Shown: positions 55,868 to 64,000 of the stretch, piece after piece | Position numbering within the stretch: position 1 is the first letter of the stretch | Layout: every line of letters begins with the position of its first letter | IMG/VR virus record: IMGVR_UViG_3300014202_001519 | Length of the DNA: 64,000 bases | From: a virus | Reading direction: 5' to 3' (one strand) | Program-made: the position numbers and the translations under genes | Notes under the pieces: model-generated | The model's database searches: none | Told to the model about the DNA's origin: nothing | The model's input: the letters and a program-made list of their open reading frames with translations, nothing else

Positions 55868-56374
55868 TTAAAACTCAACCGATAGTTCAGCTAAGTGCCA
55901 GTCGCCAACCAATCCAGCCGCAACATCATCCCTTGTTAATTCAAATTGAACCAGGGTGCCAGGCGTAATGCTCAAAGTAGAAAGCTGGATTGTTTGAGTA
56001 TCATATTGGAAAAACACATTAGTAGGAATGCTAATTGGCGTCAAAGCCAACCCTGCTGACCATGCTCCTACAGCAGCGTTATCAGGAATTGTTCTTACAT
56101 ATAAGTTTGTTTGAACTGTGCTGATGACGCCAGGAGCGGTTCTAGCTTTTGACTTAAATCCTAGTGTAATTCCACAAGCACAAGTCGGTATTGTTAATAT
56201 GAACCCAACTCCTTCTTCGGCTGTGTCATCAAATGCCCTTACAGTAATAGCGGAATTAGTATTATCGGCGGTAGCTGGAGCCAAGGCATTTACAGCCCAA
56301 TCCGCACTCACTGGATTATCTAATTGATCGGCATAAAACAGAAATTTAGTTGGTTTTCCTTGTGTTAATCCCAT
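55868..56374 (-). CDS. virion structural protein (jelly-roll-like)
   Basis: AFDDT.EEGVGF, R.......GDW.L pattern; in the late cluster. Confidence 0.55.
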   Translation of the reverse strand: MGLTQGKPTKFLFYADQLDNPVSADWAVNALAPATADNTNSAITVRAFDDTAEEGVGFILTIPTCACGITLGFKSKARTAPGVISTVQTNLYVRTIPDNAAVGAWSAGLALTPISIPTNVFFQYDTQTIQLSTLSITPGTLVQFELTRDDVAAGLVGDWHLAELSVEF

Positions 56375-56377
56375 TTA

Positions 56378-56728
56378 TTACCCTTCTTTTGCTACAAATT
56401 TAGCACCAGTTGTAGGACCAATAATATTAATGCTATCTGTACTACTAAAAAATCCTTCCATTACGAAGTTACTTCCAGGGCATAATTTAATGGAAGGTTG
56501 ATCTTGTACAGCAGCTACGCCGAAATTAACCCACAAAACGTCCGTGGATATATTTTGCACAAAGAAATAACTTCTAGTAGCATTAGCAGGTGCTAAAGTC
56601 TGTGATGCACCACCAGTGGTGATTGTTCCTGACCTGTCAGCAACTGCCCCGCGAACAGGACTAATTGCCACAGGATCACCACCAGACCCTACAGGATTAA
56701 TTACATATACATGTTGTATTCGTTCCAT
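56378..56728 (-). CDS. small virion structural protein
   Basis: SGTITTGG.SQ....N..R....VQN.S...LWVNFG; TATATAA upstream. Confidence 0.6.
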   Translation of the reverse strand: MERIQHVYVINPVGSGGDPVAISPVRGAVADRSGTITTGGASQTLAPANATRSYFFVQNISTDVLWVNFGVAAVQDQPSIKLCPGSNFVMEGFFSSTDSINIIGPTTGAKFVAKEG

Positions 56729-56761
56729 AACACAATTATATAGTAATCTTCCACTTGTTTT

Positions 56762-56977
56762 CTAACCAATTAGTGGGTTGCATTCGTGCCTTTCTAGCAA
56801 TTCAACCCTCGCTAATAGTTCTTCAATCTTTTGGTCTGCTGTTAAAGCGTTCCAGCGGTCTTTTTCTTTAACCTTTGCGGCTGTATTGCCATTACAGTCG
56901 TCACAGTAACTTGAGCCGTGACAAGCGGAAGTCATAAACTCTTTACCACAACCCCAGCAGGGCATTAATAATGCCAT
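56762..56977 (-). CDS. small Zn-finger-like protein
   Basis: CWGCG ... CDDC. Confidence 0.5.
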   Translation of the reverse strand: MALLMPCWGCGKEFMTSACHGSSYCDDCNGNTAAKVKEKDRWNALTADQKIEELLARVELLERHECNPLIG

Positions 56978-56999
56978 ATATAACTCCTATATAAAAATA

Positions 57000-57671
57000 A
57001 TGAATCCGTTTAATGTAGTGCAAATGTTCGAGGAAGAATTAGCTCGTTACACAGGAGCTAAGTATGCCGTCACAGTGTCAAGTTGTACTGATGCCTTATT
57101 TTTATCCTGCATCTATCACAACGTCAAGGGGAAAGAAGTAACAATCCCCAAAAGAACCTACCTGTCCGTGCCACAATCTATCATTCATGCGGGCGGGATT
57201 ATTAAATTTAATGATTATGACTGGCAAACACACTTGTATAGCCGATATCAATTAAAGCCATTCCCTATATGGGATGCCGCCAAAGAGTTGCAACCAGGCA
57301 TGTATCGACCATCACACTCTATATGCCTATCCTTTCATATAAAGAAACCTTTAGGCATAGGCAAAGGTGGATGTATACTCACAGATGATTTAGAAATGGT
57401 AACGTGGCTTAAGAAGGCAAGATATGAAGGACGATCTGAAAAGTCTTATCATGAAGATGATATAACTTTTCTAGGATGGAATATGTATATGACTCCAGAA
57501 CAAGCAGCTAGAGGATTGGTATTGTTGCAACAAATGCCAAAAAACGGTATCGTTCAATATGAACGATACCGAGACTTAACCGAGTTCACCGTCTTTAAGG
57601 ACGTTGAAGTGTTAGTCTCCACCCCCGCCACAACCACCGCCACCACAAGAACTTCCACCCCCACAACTTGA
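57000..57671 (+). CDS. DegT/DnrJ/EryC1/StrS sugar aminotransferase (short form)
   Basis: FEE.LA.Y.GAKYAV.VSSCT.AL, DAA, SFH..K.L..GKGG.ILTDD, G.N.YM...QAA.G. Confidence 0.85.
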   Translation: MNPFNVVQMFEEELARYTGAKYAVTVSSCTDALFLSCIYHNVKGKEVTIPKRTYLSVPQSIIHAGGIIKFNDYDWQTHLYSRYQLKPFPIWDAAKELQPGMYRPSHSICLSFHIKKPLGIGKGGCILTDDLEMVTWLKKARYEGRSEKSYHEDDITFLGWNMYMTPEQAARGLVLLQQMPKNGIVQYERYRDLTEFTVFKDVEVLVSTPATTTATTRTSTPTT

Positions 57672-58322
57672 ACCGCCACCACAAGAACTTCCACCGCTAT
57701 CACTATGGCTACTATGACTTCCACTGTCATGATGACTGCCGCTATCGTGATGATGGCTCCCACTGTCATGATGGGAAACATCTGCCGCTTTGTGACTTAT
57801 GCTTTCGCCGCCGCCACAGAAAACTGGCACAAAACTACTGGAAGAATCACTACTTGGTTGTGATTTAGCCTTTTCGCTATAAGTTTCCTTATACATTTCC
57901 TTTGTCTTGCTGTAGGCTTTTACCTGCCCTGCACTTCCTTTAGGCAGGTTCGGGTTGTGATGGAACATTTTGCCAAAGATGGCCATGCAGTCCTTCTCAT
58001 ATCTGGCGGTATCCAAGATATGTTCGTGCCACAGGTCATCCAAATCTTGTGTCCACGGCACAATTACTTCCGTTGGGTTGACCACCGCCAAGTAGAGAAA
58101 CTGCTTATATTCAGTCTCAATCTTGTCTACGTCATTCTTCCAACGCCACCAAACACCCTTCTTAGCCTTGAACTTTTCCTTAACCCCTGTCAGGTCCAGA
58201 GCTTGGATCAAATCCCACTTAGCCTTTTCCTGCGCCTTCAACTCTTCTGATTTTTCATTACTCATATTATTTTTCCTTTTACAACATCTGCTACTACGAC
58301 ACTTTCCGATATTAAGAATCAC
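57612..58322 (-). CDS. glycine-rich-domain-containing (GRDP-like) protein with His-rich linker and SSCGGG tail (start ~58268)
   Basis: EYK.FL.L...VP....D..WH.HILDT..Y...C...FG..FHH.P. Confidence 0.75.
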   Translation of the reverse strand: MILNIGKCRSSRCCKRKNNMSNEKSEELKAQEKAKWDLIQALDLTGVKEKFKAKKGVWWRWKNDVDKIETEYKQFLYLAVVNPTEVIVPWTQDLDDLWHEHILDTARYEKDCMAIFGKMFHHNPNLPKGSAGQVKAYSKTKEMYKETYSEKAKSQPSSDSSSSFVPVFCGGGESISHKAADVSHHDSGSHHHDSGSHHDSGSHSSHSDSGGSSCGGGSSCGGGSSCGGGGCGGGGD

Positions 58323-58383
58323 AAGATTCTCGTTCTCGGTAGAGTCGTGTTACCGTAGCTCCGTATCACAACTCTCTACTATA

Positions 58384-58411
58384 ATCATAGTCTCGATTAA
58401 CAAATTGTCAA
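58384..58411 (-). promoter_or_regulatory. sigma70-like promoter TTGACA-N16-TATGAT
   Basis: 16-bp spacer class. Confidence 0.6.
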
Positions 58412-58444
58412 GTTCAAGTTACGGTTTTCACATGTTCTTCATTA

Positions 58445-58882
58445 TTAACTGGCATCACACTTAGGACAGGCACATCGCCAATTTTCTTTTGTGTGATGGA
58501 ACTCAAAGATGTGCTTGCATTTATAGCATTCACACTTTAACGTGAAAGTCTCTTTGTGTTTATTATTCTCATCATATGGACTTCCTTCCAAGACCGTGTG
58601 ACCGCTATACATTGAAAGTCCTTGAGCTTTCAGGGCTTCCATTTTCTGAAAGAACCCAGCCATTGCTTGACCATATGAGCTTCTAACTGGAATTTTAAAA
58701 TCCTTTTCTTTTCCGCAAGCCTCGCACTTGGTCATAATCAGGTCAATCATTGCCTTATCATCTTCGGAATAGCACAATGCCTGACCATTAGGCTGAAATG
58801 CACCGCCACACTCACAAGGTACGCCCTTGATGTATGAGTATTCCTTGCGGACACTTTCCTTGATCTTATTCCAATCTGTCAT
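58445..58882 (-). CDS. Zn-finger-containing hypothetical protein
   Basis: EY.YI...CECGG, CEACG, CYKC, CPKC. Confidence 0.6.
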   Translation of the reverse strand: MTDWNKIKESVRKEYSYIKGVPCECGGAFQPNGQALCYSEDDKAMIDLIMTKCEACGKEKDFKIPVRSSYGQAMAGFFQKMEALKAQGLSMYSGHTVLEGSPYDENNKHKETFTLKCECYKCKHIFEFHHTKENWRCACPKCDAS

Positions 58883-58922
58883 AACTTATTCCAATCTGTC
58901 ATAACTTATTCCAATCTGTCAT
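58865..58922. repeat. 20-bp direct tandem repeat x~2.9
   Basis: cttattccaatctgtcataa repeated with no spacers. Confidence 0.95.
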
Positions 58923-60598
58923 GGCTTTTTCATAGTCATAGAATAGATGGCATTTTCTTTAGTAAACATGACCGCCGCCCCCTTATGATACAGCAACATG
59001 TCCTGATTAATAACATCATCCGTCACAACCTTGGCGTTTTTCAATTTGCTGAAGATTTCAATGTTTTCGTCTTCATCAATGTGAACGCACATGCCGTTGT
59101 CAAGAACGGTAAAGTTCAAGCCCGTATAAGTGACATTCTTCTTCTCTGCTACTTCATAAGTCTTGAAATCGTCCTTGAAGGCAAACGTGAACCTGTTGTA
59201 GTGGCCTTTCTTATCAACCGCCACAACCATCATGATCTTGTTGTCATATTTGGCGTCAATCACACGCAGACCATCCAATTCCCTGAGCGCAACCTGTTGG
59301 CACCGCTTGCTTTCTGGAAAAATGGATGCATAATAAGCGTCGAATAGATTCTGGACAATTACGCCGCTAAAGAAGCGGGTGCTTTGTTCTAGGACATTGG
59401 CCACGATATGTGGCGAAGCCAGAATCCTATTGCCCATTTCCGTAAACTGAATTTCGATGATATTCATGCCGTTCTGGACATATAGACGGCCATTATACTC
59501 CATCATCTTGCTGCCAGAGCATGTAAACGGAATGTCTTTATCGTTAATCACATCCTTGAGCTTAACGTCACCGTTGTCAATCCAGGCAGCAATAGGCTGA
59601 TTAGCCTTTGTGAACCCAACATTGATTTTGTCATAGGGCTTATTATAATCTCGCTTATCCACGAAGACGTTCTTGGAAGTCACAAATACTTCACGGCCAG
59701 ACGAGTAATAATAGCCCATGATTGGGTGCGGGAACTCATGTAGCTTGTCAATAGCCAAGCTCTTACCTCCCACAACCTTGACTGTAGGTACGATTACGAC
59801 ATGCACAACTGCATTCAGGTCGCTAGGCGGCGGCACACGTTCGCCCTTATCAAAGATTGCTTTATACCACTGTAAATACGCATCAGGTATCACAGTGAAT
59901 GGCTGACATGCAGCCGTTGGATAACCAACAGCCTTATCGAACACAGAAATATTGTTCTGCATTCTAGCATCCAAGTCTGTATACTTTGGATGCCTGCCCT
60001 TATAAGGGTGGATGCCAATAAACAACTGGAACGTAATAATGCCGAACGAGAACCAGTCTGTGAGTTTATTGAATTTGGTGTTATGTCGATCCCGAATGCT
60101 ATCCATGATAGCCATTGCAGGATAGTGTGGCGTCTGATAGCTGTTTACGTCGATAAAGAACACGTCCTTGAACTTATCATCGACTAGGAAGTTAAATTCG
60201 TTCATATCCACAATCAAAATATCGTGGCTATGGACGTGTTGGACCGTCTTCTGCATCTGCTTCACAAGATCAAGCATAGTTTCTGGCTTGATATTGTTTC
60301 TGAGACGGAAAGCCTTTGTGAAAAGCTGGCATAGTGTATAAGTATCCTTGAAATACTTCATGCTATAGCCAACATCCACATTCCGATCATTAACCAGGAT
60401 TTGTTCTGGTTTAACGATATGGGAATCCGTCAGTACCGATAGTTCTGTGAACTTGCCTTCGGGAATCATTTTCCCAGGCTCACAGATTTTATATACGGTA
60501 TCACCTTTAACGTAAATTTTACCCTCGCCGCCTTGAGCAAGGAAATCGCCGTTATTAAGTTCGATTGGCTTATTTTTGCCCTTAATGAAGACTTTCAT
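58919..60598 (-). CDS. Ser/Thr protein kinase-like protein (YegI/TerY-P-associated type)
   Basis: GGEGKIY, YKI, IVDMN..NFLV, FIDVNSYQ, DWFSFGI, GIHPYKG. Confidence 0.8.
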   Translation of the reverse strand: MKVFIKGKNKPIELNNGDFLAQGGEGKIYVKGDTVYKICEPGKMIPEGKFTELSVLTDSHIVKPEQILVNDRNVDVGYSMKYFKDTYTLCQLFTKAFRLRNNIKPETMLDLVKQMQKTVQHVHSHDILIVDMNEFNFLVDDKFKDVFFIDVNSYQTPHYPAMAIMDSIRDRHNTKFNKLTDWFSFGIITFQLFIGIHPYKGRHPKYTDLDARMQNNISVFDKAVGYPTAACQPFTVIPDAYLQWYKAIFDKGERVPPPSDLNAVVHVVIVPTVKVVGGKSLAIDKLHEFPHPIMGYYYSSGREVFVTSKNVFVDKRDYNKPYDKINVGFTKANQPIAAWIDNGDVKLKDVINDKDIPFTCSGSKMMEYNGRLYVQNGMNIIEIQFTEMGNRILASPHIVANVLEQSTRFFSGVIVQNLFDAYYASIFPESKRCQQVALRELDGLRVIDAKYDNKIMMVVAVDKKGHYNRFTFAFKDDFKTYEVAEKKNVTYTGLNFTVLDNGMCVHIDEDENIEIFSKLKNAKVVTDDVINQDMLLYHKGAAVMFTKENAIYSMTMKKP

Positions 60599-60630
60599 AA
60601 AAATTCTCGTTTTGTTCCTATTGATAATAC

Positions 60631-61200
60631 ATGAAACTAACGGAATTGTTAAGTGTTGTCGAAGGCCAAATCATGGTAACAGGCCCACAACGATCAGGCA
60701 CCACCATAGCCGCATTAATTCTTGCTCAAGAATTAGGGTATCCGTGTTATCTTGAAGAACACTATGGTATACATGACCTTAAAAGATTCTTTGGCATTTA
60801 TTCCGCTACGAAATTCGTTGTTCAGGCTCCAGCCTTATCTGCATATGCTAATTTAATTCCTGGCTCCGTAGTTTTTATGATGCGTCCTATCAATGAGATT
60901 GTCCGCTCGCAAAGACGAATCGGTTGGGGAGAAGAGAACATAGAAAAAGCCAAATACTTTTCAGACAATCTTTTACCCATCGCCGCCTTTAAATACAAAA
61001 TGTGGGACCAATATCAAAAGCACCTTCCCAACAGGTTTGAACTTGAATATCATTCACTTGAAGGTCATCCATTGTGGGTTGATGAAACTTTAAGAGTTAA
61101 CTTCCAGGTTCGACAAACCCATTGCACTGCATCGGATATTCCATTGCCACCCATGCCTTCAGAGCCATTGCCAAAACCCATTGTAAGAGGACGAATTTAA
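60631..61200 (+). CDS. sulfotransferase-like P-loop protein
   Basis: VTGPQRSGTT (5'-PSB-like), FMMRP...IV.S (3'-PB-like), LEY..L. Confidence 0.6.
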   Translation: MKLTELLSVVEGQIMVTGPQRSGTTIAALILAQELGYPCYLEEHYGIHDLKRFFGIYSATKFVVQAPALSAYANLIPGSVVFMMRPINEIVRSQRRIGWGEENIEKAKYFSDNLLPIAAFKYKMWDQYQKHLPNRFELEYHSLEGHPLWVDETLRVNFQVRQTHCTASDIPLPPMPSEPLPKPIVRGRI

Positions 61201-61865
61201 CCTATGTAGCTGAAGTATGTATTCCCCCATCTGTTTTCAAATGTCTTTGGGGAACTAGGCTCAATAACATTTACCTTAATCGCCAGTTTGTTCAAAACAT
61301 ACATCAAGGCTACTTGATCCCTGGACGAAAACCTACAGTATTCAGACCACCAATAGTTATTAACCATTTCTGTTATGGCGTTGTGTCGTCTTACGAATAC
61401 GCCAGCCTCACAAAGCCCTTGGACTTCAGGATATCCACTAGCCCTATAGATAGCACCTTGTTCTTCAAGTGCTGCAATCTCGCCTTCTTTGTTTATGCTC
61501 TTGCAAATATCTATAGCCTTGTAAATGCAGTCCCTTTCTGGATGCCTGAACATGGCTATATCGTGGTGTTTTAACCACTCATCTACTACTTGCTCCGCTG
61601 GAACATTCATCCTTACACTACTGTCCATCCAAATTGAATATTCAGATGATATAAACTGGTGTATCAGAATCTTATGAATGCGAGAGTTTCTACGCGGTGA
61701 CTTAAACCTATTGTAAGCTGGTCGATGAGTCCAAGGTTTTGACTCAACCGCACAATCCGTGAATGCAACAAAGCTAACATCTGGATTGATGTTTTCATGT
61801 TCTATTAGTTGTTTAGAGCCACCAGTGAACGCTGTTACTACTGATATTTTAGACATGCAACACAC
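61197..61865 (-). CDS. DUF616 (TOD1/MUCI70-like) glycosyltransferase
   Basis: V.TA..G, FTD, KIL.H, YSIWMD, HP.RDCIY, RDQ..L. Confidence 0.85.
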   Translation of the reverse strand: MCCMSKISVVTAFTGGSKQLIEHENINPDVSFVAFTDCAVESKPWTHRPAYNRFKSPRRNSRIHKILIHQFISSEYSIWMDSSVRMNVPAEQVVDEWLKHHDIAMFRHPERDCIYKAIDICKSINKEGEIAALEEQGAIYRASGYPEVQGLCEAGVFVRRHNAITEMVNNYWWSEYCRFSSRDQVALMYVLNKLAIKVNVIEPSSPKTFENRWGNTYFSYIG

Positions 61866-62667
61866 CCAACGAGAAATCGTCCGTATGCTTGATACCCTGT
61901 GCTGTATAGTCTCTTAGAAACTTCTGACAGCGGCGATGTGCAAACTGCCCTTCAACGGTTTTGAAGTTGAATAGGTCTTTTACCACTTGACGGTCATGCA
62001 CACCCTTATTCGTGATGGAAGTGCCGCCCTTTACCTGTTGCACAAAGGATTTCAAGCCATCGGAGGAGATTCCAACAAGATCATATTCATCCGTTGAGAA
62101 TGCATATTCGATTGGTTTGAAGTTATAGGCTCTGACTATGCAGGTAAATTCGTCATGGGTAATAACTTCCCCATTCTCAAGAACGGTAGTTTCGACAATC
62201 ATCTTACCGTGGCCAAAGTGGGCAAGATAACCTTCCTTGAGTTCGTTGCTAAGAGTGTAATAAGGATACCAAGGTGCGCCAGTATCAAACATATGGGAAA
62301 TTATTTTCAGCTTGCCGTCTTTGCTTCTAGCCACAATGTAGCCGTCACCAACGATGAAGGCGTTGATGATGCCTTTATTAACATAAGCACCAAGGAGGGT
62401 TGCACAGAGACAATCGGGATGCAACTCTAGCTTATCAACATAGCTTTTGGCACCCTGTACAACATTGTCAATAAACTTGGGAATGTACTCAGGCTTAGTC
62501 AGCTTGAGGATGTTGTAGGCAGATTTGGTCAGGAAACGAGCGCCCCAATCGGAGTCCTTAGCACCTGAACAGCCGTCAGAAAGGACAACAAAATCGCCAT
62601 CAGCAATCGCATGGTCCTGGCAGACCTGATGGGTCGATCCGATGGCAAAATAGCTATCAGCGCTCAT
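61849..62667 (-). CDS. PP2C-family protein phosphatase (PphC/YegK-like)
   Basis: G.TH..CQD, LSDGCSG, ATLL, VGDG, SSDG, H.DD.S. Confidence 0.85.
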   Translation of the reverse strand: MSADSYFAIGSTHQVCQDHAIADGDFVVLSDGCSGAKDSDWGARFLTKSAYNILKLTKPEYIPKFIDNVVQGAKSYVDKLELHPDCLCATLLGAYVNKGIINAFIVGDGYIVARSKDGKLKIISHMFDTGAPWYPYYTLSNELKEGYLAHFGHGKMIVETTVLENGEVITHDEFTCIVRAYNFKPIEYAFSTDEYDLVGISSDGLKSFVQQVKGGTSITNKGVHDRQVVKDLFNFKTVEGQFAHRRCQKFLRDYTAQGIKHTDDFSLGVLHV

Positions 62668-62971
62668 TTTTGGCTTTCTTTTTCTTTGGTGTTTCAGGCT
62701 TCACTTTTTCTAAAGTGTCGGGTTTATGCCAATTAGCAACTTCTATGACTGCACCGCCTAGCTCACCCATAGGATGTGGCGGCTTGTATTTAACAAGTGT
62801 TTGTAAAGCGGGCGTCAGCATATTCACTGGTGAACCGCCCATGACTACTGTTTCACCCCTTAGTGAAACAAGGTCCAGTGGTTCATCGGTTATAAGCACA
62901 ATGCCGATAAGGTACTTATAACCTTGTTCTATTTTGTCATGTCCGAATATTACGCCTTTAACAGCTTCCAT
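62657..62971 (-). CDS. hypothetical protein
   Basis: 104-aa ORF. Confidence 0.5.
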   Translation of the reverse strand: MEAVKGVIFGHDKIEQGYKYLIGIVLITDEPLDLVSLRGETVVMGGSPVNMLTPALQTLVKYKPPHPMGELGGAVIEVANWHKPDTLEKVKPETPKKKKAKNER

Positions 62972-63477
62972 TATTTGATCCCCAATGCTTTTCTTTCTTC
63001 TTTACTCAGCTTGGAAGCAGCCTGTGTAATTAAAGTCTTTTTTTCTTGCTCCCGCTTCTGTTTGTTTTCTTTGTCTTTAGCTTTTTTCTGTTCTTCTTTT
63101 TCTTTATAGGCTTTTATACCATTTGTAAATTCTTCTTCAAAATCTTCATAGAGCCAACGGGTGGGAACACCGTCTGACAATCCCCACTCATCACCGTCTC
63201 TATCAAGGAAGATTATCTCTCGTTTAATATTCCATTCGGCACGAATGGAAAGTGTATCCTTGTCATAAGACTCCATGAAATCGCCGCTGGACTGGTCTTC
63301 ATAATCACCGTCGCTGTTCCAGTCCCACCAGTCTAATTTACCACCAGCAAGTTCAAGACACCGCCGAATGATGTAATTCATTCGGGCGGTGATGTTTACC
63401 ATCGCAGCAGCATAGAGTTTATGCGCGTCAATGGCTGCGGTAATATCAGACTCAGCGATTTTTTCAATCTTATCCAT
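62971..63477 (-). CDS. hypothetical protein ending A.SKLSKEERKALG
   Basis: C-terminal KL..EE..ALG tail typical of phage hypotheticals. Confidence 0.6.
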   Translation of the reverse strand: MDKIEKIAESDITAAIDAHKLYAAAMVNITARMNYIIRRCLELAGGKLDWWDWNSDGDYEDQSSGDFMESYDKDTLSIRAEWNIKREIIFLDRDGDEWGLSDGVPTRWLYEDFEEEFTNGIKAYKEKEEQKKAKDKENKQKREQEKKTLITQAASKLSKEERKALGIK

Positions 63478-63500
63478 TTAATAAGTCTTTATACTTGTAG

Positions 63501-63818
63501 ATGTTTAGCAGGATGCTATCATGGTTTTTTGGGAAGGAACCCGAACCTAAAAAGAATCGTCCAACAGATGCTGAAATACACCAAATGGTTATTGCAGCAT
63601 TTCATTCCGTTGCCCAAAAACATATCAATACCATTCCATCCCACTACACCTTAATTGATATAACAAATGACATAATGAAGACGCTCATGAGTAATAACCC
63701 TCATGTTATGAGCAAGGGTGATTTAGTCAAAACGACTAAATTATGCCGTAAGTATGCTGAGCAAGTTATACGCGGCAAATTAATTCAAATTCTAATTGCT
63801 TTGTTCCTAATACTATAA
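63501..63818 (+). CDS. hypothetical protein with hydrophobic C-terminus
   Basis: 105-aa ORF ending at a bidirectional hairpin. Confidence 0.45.
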   Translation: MFSRMLSWFFGKEPEPKKNRPTDAEIHQMVIAAFHSVAQKHINTIPSHYTLIDITNDIMKTLMSNNPHVMSKGDLVKTTKLCRKYAEQVIRGKLIQILIALFLIL

Positions 63819-63862
63819 AACAATCCCTTAGCAGTGGTTGGCTACACTGCTAAGGGATTGTT
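63819..63862. terminator. bidirectional hairpin terminator
   Basis: aacaatcccttagcagtg ... cactgctaagggattgtt. Confidence 0.75.
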
Positions 63863-63864
63863 AT

Positions 63865-64000
63865 TTAGAACGTCAAGGATGCCGAAGGACCACCAGTACC
63901 TAGCGCCTGGCTCTGGCTGGAAATGCTCTTGGAAACGAATGCTGCCAGCTTTGCAAGCGTCTTTTCCGAAGCATCCTTCAATTCCACAAACTGTGTAAAT
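63865..64000 (-). CDS. 3' end of a probable vWA (TerY-like) protein, truncated by the window edge
   Basis: ...FTQFVELKDASEKTLAKLAAFVSKSISSQSQALGTGGPSASLTF*, resembling the C-terminal helix of TerY-like vWA proteins; PP2C and kinase lie downstream. Confidence 0.5.
   Translation of the reverse strand, partial: FTQFVELKDASEKTLAKLAAFVSKSISSQSQALGTGGPSASLTF

Noticed and set aside
58865-58922. Possible mini-CRISPR array
   Set aside because: Repeats are contiguous with no spacers; no cas genes in the window
1-64000. Alternative genetic code (stop-codon reassignment)
   Set aside because: Recognisable genes are essentially intact and tightly packed under the standard code, and all three stop codons terminate genes

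Overview
This window is a 64-kb segment of a large (jumbo-type) dsDNA phage genome, read in the standard genetic code. A Planctomycetota-like host is a tentative inference from a ClpC N-domain, DUF2294, a Vgb-like propeller and an HExxE peptidase domain. The minus strand carries densely packed early/middle genes: many short hypotheticals, rIIA/rIIB, a dihydroorotate dehydrogenase, an AAA+ ATPase, a RuvB-like helicase, a sigma-70-like factor, ArdC, a DarG-like macrodomain, two RNA ligases, a SpoU methylase, an HNH nuclease and a split vWA/PP2C/kinase (TerY-P-like) triad. Islands of virion/tail-fibre genes lie at 14.2-32.9 kb and 48.5-53.8 kb (+) and 54.6-56.7 kb (-), and glycan-modifying enzymes are scattered across the window. 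Three promoter-like motif classes are readable: TTGACA-N16-TAnnnT, a 16-bp AATTGCAATTGTACCA element, and a late-type TAnATAA. The most unusual items are (1) a 252-nt anticodon-less RNA built from nested tRNA-like modules with three T-arms (3746-3997, -), and (2) a modular fibre system in which 13 copies of an H-x2-H-x10-H...KGIGMRRK motif punctuate glycine-rich domains in two proteins. One of these proteins starts with an atypical Hint domain and the other ends in a metallopeptidase domain; a five-member family of small putative adaptor domains accompanies them. All product calls come from motif recognition by eye; no database search was run.
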